The position numbers and the translations under genes are program-made. Source: Thalia democratica (Eukaryota). Taken from it: a stretch of 64,000 nt of DNA. Location of the stretch: contig OZ241826.1 of the NCBI GenBank assembly GCA_965202585.1, positions 62,248,001-62,312,000 on the forward strand, given 5' to 3'. The notes beneath the pieces are model-generated. The model was not told the DNA's origin. It did not search any database and saw only the letters and a list, made by a program, of their open reading frames with translations. How positions within the stretch are numbered: the stretch's first letter is position 1; every line of letters starts with the position of its first letter. Shown piece by piece: positions 56,321-64,000 of the stretch.

Positions 56321-57802
56321 TCCGTCTCTCTGTACATCCCCTCGTTCCTCTCCTTGTACATAAAACTCGGTCTCTTCGTACCGCTCCTCGCCGATTCGTT
56401 TCTCGAGCCGTTCGTGCGAAAGTGCAATTAGAATGTACGTCACTACTTGATATCAATTTTAAAAACAAGTTAAAACATTAAAAAAATTTAATTTACAAAC
56501 TTATATGCCATTAGTTAGCAACAACATTACATTAGTCAATTAGTCTATTTATATTTTAACTTTAAAGATTGTTAAGTTTTAAAGCAATTAAGAAACATTT
56601 TTGGCTCCAATCAATACACAGTAATTCTCTACAAGCCTTAAAATAAAAAACATTTCACATTTTACACGAATAAGTTGACAAAACAAGCGTTCACATGCGT
56701 CTCAAAAGTTTAAACTTCTTTTCGTAAAAATATAGGCAGTGAACTTGTACTGATTTTGAAAACTTTAATATTCTAACAAATTTTAAACAAAATTGTTTTT
56801 TATTTTCAGATTTTAAATACCGGGTAAGACATTTAATAGCTCGAATGACCTCGTTAAAAATGATTTTTTGTAAGTACGGTTAGATTTAAAACAACAAAAA
56901 ACATGCCAATAAAGTTTGTTACAAGCAATTAACAAGGTCACTGTAAAACAACTGTAAATATTGTAATTTAAAATTTGAACATAACATTGTTGCTAAATAT
57001 AAAATTAAACTAAGCTTAATAAATTTAAGACATTTCACTTTAATAACCGATTATGCACTCGAAAACAAGTTTTAATAACCTCATACAAGTATTTTTACCA
57101 GGAAGAACGAAAAAACAACAATGTTTTTACATGCAGTTTAATAAGTTTACTATCCGTTATAGTTCAAATTAAAACAATTGTCTGAAAACAAAACAATTAA
57201 ACTTTACAGTTGCTAACTTTTATAGACGTTTAAAACTCTTTATGTTATACGAAAGTTTTATTATTAGAAGGCTTTAATTTCATTTAATTTTTAGCGAGCA
57301 TTTCTCTTTTAACAAAATGTTTAAAACGATTAAACTATATTTAATTAATTTGACGAGACGGCGGAACAACTTAAAAACAAGACTAACTTTTGTTTCAACT
57401 TGCTCGTACAAGTTTTACAATTCACTTTAAAAAACGCTTCAACGATGAATTGCGATAAAATCATACACTACAAATACATTTTAGTTCTAACACATGTCGG
57501 TTAGCCTTTCCCAAACCACTTTAACATAAAATTAAACACAATAAAACTAATTACCATTAGAAAAAACAACTCAAATCTATCACAAACTCGAACAACTTAG
57601 TTGTTTTTCCAACTAGAAATTTTAAACTCATTTTTATAAACTTTACAGACCTGATGACTAGGTTAAATAAACGCCATAAAGTTTATCAAATTTATACTAT
57701 TATTAAATCAAGTTTATTCCACTCTGTCCCCATGTCACCATCTAAAAAACGTAGAAATTTTAATGAAGGTATCTGTGTTCAATTCCAGCTATAACTAACT
57801 GG

Positions 57803-57817
57803 ACGTCCGGGTCATCA
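57803..57817 (-). promoter_or_regulatory. Primer-binding site of element B, tRNA-Trp-like
   Basis: TGATGACCCGGACGT immediately after the 5' LTR; close to the classic tRNA-Trp PBS TGGTGACCC(C/G)GACGT as I recall it. Confidence 0.7.
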
Positions 57818-58503
57818 TGTCGCTAACCGGGGCTTCTACTTATACACTTTAGGGGCCTGTTTTATAACGAAACGTGCGCTCTAACTTGTATAATAGAAGT
57901 CCACAATATAACGCTTATATTATAGTTGACTAAAATAAACTAATATGAATTACTTACTATTTACTAAAGGTTTAATAAATCAGTTACTTATACTAATTTA
58001 AACTGAGTTCGAATCTGTGATCATGATTATATTTACAATGAATTTGCGAAACGAAAAGATGATAAAATACTGCACAACATTACACTAATAAACCAAATTA
58101 TCAATTCTTTTAAAAGACGACAATCTCGAATAAAAGAAACTTAACACTAAACGTTTAAACCAAACTCAAAAAGTATTCTAAAATCGAAATCAATTCGACA
58201 ACAAGATTGAAACCATTAAAACTTAAGTGCAGCGAAAAACTGCACTGAGTTCAGACCGCTGCAATGCAGTAGAAACTAAAAGAACTCTAAATTACTCGAG
58301 ACCAGAGTTGGTAAAATGCTAATAATTACTATGGTAATTCAGCAATGAAGCGTATAAACTTTGGTTTGTTTTAAGTTAGTAATTTCACGCTCGAGTAAAC
58401 AAAGCAGAGCTTTTTAACATGTCTGCTCGAGACTGTTGAATTTATACTCGCTTGAGAAAAAAGAAGGAAGTAAAAAAGAGACAATTACCGCGTAAGCGGT
58501 ACA
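57818..58503 (-). repeat. 5' LTR of element B (contains a 123-bp MITE)
   Basis: Direct repeat of 55281-55836 with an insertion at 58303-58425. Confidence 0.9.
58303..58425. mobile_element. Tiny hAT-type MITE nested in the 5' LTR of element B
   Basis: Absent from the sister LTR; 8-bp TSD CTCGAGAC at 58295-58302 and 58426-58433; imperfect TIRs CAGAGTTGGTAAAA / TTTTAACATGTCTG. Confidence 0.85.
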
Positions 58504-58900
58504 CTTTAAAATTTATTTTTCTTTTCTATATCTTAGAACTCTATAGATACTATTCATTAAACTTTCTAAAAATTAAATATGCTTTACTCGCTACCCACTA
58601 GCGTTTGGTTAAGTTTGTAATTTTAATTTTGTTAAAATTAATAATTTACTACTGCATTTACATTTAGATCAATTAAGCTTAATAAATTGTTTTCTTTTTT
58701 CAAAATTCTTGAGATAAATGTATTTTCAGTTAACTACAGCTATTTTAGCTTATAGTGTAAATACAAGAGTTTATTTTGTTGATAAAAAACCATAATCGTT
58801 CAGCTATGGAAAAGAAGCAACGCTTAAAATGAAAAATAAAAATTATGTCTAAAGAGCAAGCGAAAAGATATATAACATCCGAGTTTTTTGGCATTATAGC

Positions 58901-59442
58901 TTTAACCAAATCGGTTATCTTAATGATTTTTTATGTTTATGTCTTAACTACGTGGCCTCCAGTAACTTACTAACTGACAGCTTTAGCTACAAGTAGGTAC
59001 AATTATAAGTTACAAAACTGTTTTCTAAGTTATGAATAAAACACACTTTGAATAAATGCAATTTACTTTATTTTCAATAATAGTTCTTAGTTCAGAAGAA
59101 AGAAACTATTAAATCACGATACAAATAAAATCTATAAAAAGTATCAACAATCGTAAAGTTATATAAATACTAACATCAACTCCGCGATGTAGACGTTTTC
59201 TTTATTCTCGAAACTTGAATTAAACGTTGAACTTAATCGTAACTTGATCGTACCGCGGAATAACTAAGCAACTAACGCGTATTTGAAAGACAAACGCAAA
59301 TATATACGCATTGAAATGAAATTAACTCCTTGAAATAATAAAAATGTTTGTTTTTAATACAGGAAGCACGTCACGAAATCTGCGTAAAACAGTTTACAAC
59401 ATCTGCTTTAAAATACGAAAATGAGATGTTAATATTACTACA
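58901..59442 (-). repeat. 3' LTR of element C
   Basis: 542-bp direct repeat of 63451-63993; minus strand reads TGTAG...GGTTAAA. Confidence 0.92.
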
Positions 59443-60382
59443 TTATTTCTTTTTTAATTATAAATTTAGTGTTTAAAGCCTGGTTTTAAATAATTTAAAT
59501 CCTTAAAATCCTACTTAACTTTAAACTTTTTTTAAGTGTTAAAAGCGCGGGTGAAAAAAAGTAAGAAAAAGAAACTGTATTTCTTATTATCTCAAAAGTT
59601 ACATAATTTACAAAAACTTAGATAAAACGCAACATAAAGACAAAGTAAGTAACAATGATAGTCATTTAGTTGTCCTCAGGCTTCTTATCCTTGGGGTTCT
59701 TGTCCTTGTGCCTGTTGTCCTCGGGCATCTTCTATTCCGGCATTTCTCTTCCGATTTCTTCTTCTACGGTGGTTTATTTAGCAGGAACGAATTGCTTTAA
59801 TTCGCTTGTTCTTCTCTAAACTTCAAATTCAAAAATTCATCGAAGTCACTTGTTGACATAGAAAAAATTCATCTTTTCATTCTCCAGCATTGTAGTATTA
59901 ATTCATTATACAAAAATAAGCAGCTAAAAAAAAACTTTTGAGATATTCTTCCAAGAAAGTTCAGTAAAAGCTATTATGTTACTTTGCCAAAAGACAATAA
60001 CGAAACTGTCAGTATTTACTTTTAAACCCACAATTTTATACAAAACAAAAAAAAATTAAGCATTTAAAGATGCATTGAATAAAGAATTAATAGTTTAAAA
60101 CACATGAAACATTTCAATTTTATTTTTAACGTAAAAAAAAAACATATTTTCTTAATATTTAACTCGCAGACTTTAATAAACAAAATAGATAACGTTTTCT
60201 TTAAGATATTTTACAAAACAATTAGCAGTATTTTCATGCAAAAACTTTTATAGGATTCAAATACAAAGTACTTTTTTTTAAAGCGACACAAAACTTATGC
60301 ATTATAGAAATTTATTTAGAGAAAAATTTGGTGAGTGCTTTTTTTCGATCGTTAACAGTCAAAACTAAATGGGAGTTGAAAG

Positions 60383-61065
60383 CAGTGGCGTCGCGTGGTA
60401 TTTTTCTTAGGTGGTGCAGAAAAAAAAAATCCGAGTTAAAGGTGATCGGTTTGCCTCTGCTCGACTTGCTTCTTCTCGAGTTGCCTCTTCTCGAGTTGCT
60501 TCTTCTCGAGTTGCTTCTTCTCGAGTTGCCTATTCTCTAGTTGCTTCTTCTCGAGTTGCTTCTTCTCGAGTTGCTTCTTCTCGAGTTGCCTCTTCTCGAG
60601 TGGCTTCTTCTCGAGTTGCTTCTTCTCGAGTTGCTTCTTCTCGAGTTGCCTCTTCTCGAGTGGCTTCTTCTCAAGTTGCTTCTTCTCGAGTTGCCTCTGC
60701 TTGAAATTCTTTTGCTCGAGTTGCCTTTGCTTGAATTGCCTGTGCTCTGCTTAGCTTTGTTTTCGTTTTTTGTTTACAATCGCTTGCGGAATGATACTTA
60801 AGCATGTACTGTTACAGGTAAATTTTCAACTTAGCTTATTTACCGCAAGATATTGATTTTGCGGTAATTCTTGAATAAATGATACTGTTTTGAGTTCATT
60901 TGCGGCAGTCAGCTAAGAGTTTGCGGCAGTGAAGTGAGCAAAATGGTCGTTTTATAAGCGATTTTGTTTTAAAAATAACGAAAACATTATAGATACTTAA
61001 TTTTTTCTAACAAAATTTTAAGGTGGTGCAGTTGCGGCAGTGCAACACCCCACGCGACGCCCCTG
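60383..61065. mobile_element. Non-autonomous hAT element nested inside element C
   Basis: TIRs CAGTGGCGTCGCGTGG / CCACGCGACGCCCCTG; exact 8-bp TSD GTTGAAAG at 60375-60382 and 61066-61073. Confidence 0.9.
60452..60738. repeat. 15-bp minisatellite (GTTGCTTCTTCTCGA)n inside the nested hAT element
   Basis: About 17 units including degenerate ends; explains the RVASS and LELLL ORFs in the ORF track. Confidence 0.95.
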
Positions 61066-61685
61066 GTTGAAAGTACTTTAAAATTCAAAATTTATAGGAA
61101 AAATTTATCACGAGTCGAATTTGAAAGCTTTAAACTTGTACTTGATTATTTTACGAGCAAAAAAATGTAGAAATTTAATTTTGTTTTAAAATTAGAGTAA
61201 AATGTAGTTACTTAAATTTTAATATAAAAATAGGCTTATTAAACTTTTTTATTGTTTAATTGTTATGTCTTAGATTTTAAATAATATTTCAGTTACCAAA
61301 CTGTAATTTATAATATAAAAAACTTTATAACACATCATTAAAAGTAAAAAAGCTATAAACTATACAACTCAGAAATTTTATTAGAATAGAATACAAAATA
61401 AATACGCTTAAAAGTTTCTTTCATTTTAACTTCTTAAAAAGTTACCTGAGCTTAAAAAATATTTAAACAGATTTTCATGTTAATAAAAAGTTGCAATTTT
61501 TTACCTTTATTAAAGTCTGTTTTGTTAATTTTGTAACAGTATTTATATTTTATCTTCAAAGGGCTTTATGATAAATGTTAAAACTTTTAGACCTGCTATT
61601 AGTAATTCTGACTCATTTTTATTCTGTGTTATAATTTCTTTTTTGTCAAAGGAATTAAGTACTGTCAAATTGTTTTTCTCTTTAG

Positions 61686-63377
61686 CTAATATGTTGCTTG
61701 ATACACTAGTTTCTGATTTTGTTTTTGAAGAATTGTAATAGCCTGAGTCTTGTTTATAACGTTTAAGCTACAATGTTGGCACTTTATTTTTTGGTTCGCT
61801 ATCATGTTTTTTATTGTAACTGCTATTTTTCTGCTGTTGGTTTTGATGTTTTTCTTTGCTAAGTTTACCTTGTTTTGCTGTAAAAGCAAAAGCTTGCTTA
61901 TAAGCTCTATTAGCTTTTTTTTCTGCTGTTGGAGGTCACTAGAATGATGGTTTGCGTCAAATATTTTTTGTTTAAAATTTTGGTTGTAGTTTAAATTCTT
62001 ATCTACAGCATACTTAGACCCTTGAACTGCTCTACCATTAGGACCTGTCACATTTGCGACTTCTGGCATGTTGTTTTTACCTACGACAATATCAAACTTG
62101 ACTTTCTCTCTTTGCGCAAGAGACCTTAAGAATTTGTTCGGGTTGTTTTTTATGATAGCTGTATAATGAACAAAAATATCGCTGTTCTGATCATCACGAT
62201 GAATAAAACCGTAACCTTTGCGAACATTAAACCATACTACTTGACCAGTTACTCCAATTGCTATAGTATTTTTGGTTATCTGAGCTCTTTCTTTGACTGT
62301 TTGTGACGCCTTATTTATATTATATGTTTTTGTGGGTAAGTATTGATGACATGACAAACACTGTGCTATGTTTACATTATTACTACTATTCCCATTGTAT
62401 GATTTTCTTGGTTTAAATTTATCTCTATTTTGATTATGTTGACCATAATTGTAATTATGATTAATACCATTATCTCTTAAATTAAAATTTTGTTGATGAT
62501 TAGTACGAACTTGCTTGTGGTAATTTATTTTAGACTTATAATGATTTTGCTCATACTGCTGTAGTCTATCGTAACTAACTTGCTTAGGTATTAATTCGTT
62601 TTCTTTATAAGCATTCCATATGGCTTGTCCTTTTCTTTTAAAAACTTCTAAGCTTTCATCAAAATGTTCCCTAATCTTATCTTTGATCGAAAAGGGCATA
62701 AAGTATGCAAGAAAAAACTTAATTCTGTTCTGATCTGGACATTTGGCCAAACTCACGGCTGTAGCAAATATTTTATTAAAGTTTGTACAATCATTCCAAA
62801 TTGGGATTTTATCTAAAATCTCAGCTAACTGATTGTCCCTATTGATAAAAAAGTTTTTTAAAGAACTGTAATTTCTTACACCTCGTTCTGTCATTTTATA
62901 ATAGTCTGACAACTCTTCTCTCGGCCAAAACCCAGTTAAAATTTTATACTTTTCTGTATTACTAGAAATATTTTCATTTAACATTTCCTCCTCGAAAAAA
63001 CTAATAATATCACGAGGGTTTCTTACAAAGTCTAACCTTTTAAACTTTTTACTCAGTCTTTGCGCCTTTAATGTGTCGCTAAAATTGTTAAAATTATTTT
63101 GATTACTATTTTTGTAATCATCGTAAAAAGGTTCGCGTTTTTCTAGCATCGCACGTTCGTAATGTAGTGATCTAGACTGCTTTAATCTATTATTTAACTT
63201 TTTTATTTGCTTTTTCAAAATTCTTAACTCTTCTTCATTTGTTAGCTTCTTAACTTCGCTTAATTTTCTAAATTGTTGTTGAATGCTGTTTGACGGATAA
63301 AATTCAGCATTATCATTCATCATTTCTGCTTGATGAGAATTATTAAGATTGATATCGTCATTGTTGTTTGTGTGCAT
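61686..63377 (-). CDS. 563-aa Gag-like protein fused to a Y-box (YB-1-type) cold-shock domain
   Basis: Intact single-exon ORF starting ~55 nt after the PBS. Parts: N-terminal coiled coil; Gag/capsid-like helical core (~63023-62600); N/Q/Y-rich linker; CSD at ~62255-61998, [86 protein letters not shown], essentially colinear with YB-1; C-terminal coiled coil. Confidence 0.9.
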   Translation of the reverse strand: MHTNNNDDINLNNSHQAEMMNDNAEFYPSNSIQQQFRKLSEVKKLTNEEELRILKKQIKKLNNRLKQSRSLHYERAMLEKREPFYDDYKNSNQNNFNNFSDTLKAQRLSKKFKRLDFVRNPRDIISFFEEEMLNENISSNTEKYKILTGFWPREELSDYYKMTERGVRNYSSLKNFFINRDNQLAEILDKIPIWNDCTNFNKIFATAVSLAKCPDQNRIKFFLAYFMPFSIKDKIREHFDESLEVFKRKGQAIWNAYKENELIPKQVSYDRLQQYEQNHYKSKINYHKQVRTNHQQNFNLRDNGINHNYNYGQHNQNRDKFKPRKSYNGNSSNNVNIAQCLSCHQYLPTKTYNINKASQTVKERAQITKNTIAIGVTGQVVWFNVRKGYGFIHRDDQNSDIFVHYTAIIKNNPNKFLRSLAQREKVKFDIVVGKNNMPEVANVTGPNGRAVQGSKYAVDKNLNYNQNFKQKIFDANHHSSDLQQQKKKLIELISKLLLLQQNKVNLAKKNIKTNSRKIAVTIKNMIANQKIKCQHCSLNVINKTQAITILQKQNQKLVYQATY

Positions 63378-63431
63378 TTATTCTGTTGACTGCTTAAAGA
63401 TTCCTAATCAGAAGATTCAAGGTTCTTAAAA

Positions 63432-63449
63432 GACACTGCGTGGTTTCCA
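63432..63449 (-). promoter_or_regulatory. Primer-binding site of element C, possibly tRNA-Arg
   Basis: TGGAAACCACGCAGTGTC begins 1 nt after the 5' LTR; its complement ends CGTGGTT-T-CCA, similar to the 3' end of tRNA-Arg(TCG/CCG) as I recall it. tRNA identity not verified. Confidence 0.65.
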
Positions 63450-63450
63450 C

Positions 63451-63993
63451 TTTAACCTAATCGGTTATCTTAATGATTTTTTATGTTTATGTCTTAACTA
63501 CGTGGTCTTCAGTAACTTACTAACTAACAGCTTTAGTTACAAGTAGCTACAATTATAAGTTACAAAACTGTTTTCTAAGTTATGAATAAAACACACTTTG
63601 AATAAATGCAATTTACTTTATTTTCAATAATAGTTCTTAGTTCAGAAGAAAGAAACTATTAAATCACGATACAAATAAAATCTATAAAAAGTATCAACAA
63701 TCGTAAAGTTATATAAATACTAACATCAACTCCGCGATGTAGACGTTTTCTTTATTCTCGAAACTTGAATTAAACGTTGAACTTAATCGTAACTTGATCG
63801 TACCGCGGAATAACTAAGCAACTAACGCGTATTTGAAAGACAAACGCAAATATATACGCATTGAAATGAAATTAACTCCTTGAAATAATAAAAATGTTTG
63901 TTTTTAATACTGGAAAGCATGTCACGAAATCTGCGTAAAACAGTTTACAACATCCGCTTTAAAATACGAAAATGAGATGTTAATATCATTACA
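63451..63993 (-). repeat. 5' LTR of element C
   Basis: 543-bp direct repeat of 58901-59442, followed on the minus strand by the PBS and the ORF. Confidence 0.92.
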
Positions 63994-64000
63994 TAGCATT

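Larger units (their letters stand above)
55281..58503 (-). mobile_element. Element B: non-autonomous, non-coding LTR retroelement (TRIM/LARD-like)
   Basis: LTRs 55281-55836 and 57818-58503 (TGT...ACA; ~15 differences over 556 bp by eye, plus a MITE insertion); 4-bp TSD CTTT; PBS and PPT on the minus strand; ~2-kb interior with no substantial ORF. Confidence 0.9.
58901..63993 (-). mobile_element. Element C: pol-less LTR retroelement encoding a Gag-like/cold-shock-domain fusion
   Basis: LTRs 58901-59442 and 63451-63993 (~12 differences by eye); 4-bp TSD TAGC at 58897-58900 and 63994-63997; PBS at 63432-63449; A-rich PPT-like tract at 59443-59457; a single long ORF; no RT, RNase H or integrase motifs seen. 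Confidence 0.92.

Noticed and set aside
56102-56481. Four short overlapping ORFs
   Set aside because: Translations of the 43-bp tandem array on both strands; unit indels shift the frames.
57700-57800. Integrase-like words (LNTDTFIK, DMGTEW) on the minus strand of element B
   Set aside because: They need frameshifts and cross stops, and sit directly after the PBS where integrase is not expected; probably chance.
59660-59890. Possible second ORF in element C (MSTSDFDEFLNLKFREEQAN*; KMPEDNRHKDKNPKDKKPEDN*)
   Set aside because: Short, stop-interrupted and low-complexity, with no env or pol motifs; noted only as a GC-rich 3' block.
60328-60801. Plus-strand ORFs with (RVASS)n and (LELLL)n
   Set aside because: Artefacts of the stop-free 15-bp minisatellite.
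61750-61947. 65-aa hydrophobic plus-strand ORF
   Set aside because: Antisense of the K/N/Q-rich tail of the Gag-CSD ORF; its hydrophobicity follows from the complementary codons.

Overview
Very AT-rich, intron-rich animal genomic DNA; composition, CR1-type LINE remnants and hAT/MULE MITEs suggest a hydrozoan such as Hydra (inference). Most of the window (15060-54168, +) is one 28-exon gene that I could splice by hand into an uninterrupted ~1423-aa TRPA1-like channel (17 ankyrin repeats, six TM helices, TRP-like helix, long C-terminal coiled coil). The left edge holds the first two coding exons of a minus-strand gene weakly resembling DNAAF9/C20orf194. Three pol-less LTR retroelements flank the channel gene: A (~3011-6158, +, 5'-truncated), B (55281-58503, -, non-coding) and C (58901-63993, -, both LTRs, TSD and PBS intact). 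The most striking observation is that C encodes one intact, intronless 563-aa Gag-like protein fused to a complete YB-1-type cold-shock domain. A carries a homologous Gag-like core fused instead to Sfi1-like FxxW repeats. A and B also share a compact base-pairing motif enclosing a variable GC-rich insert upstream of their 3' LTRs. All coordinates and alignments were derived by eye; no searches were run.
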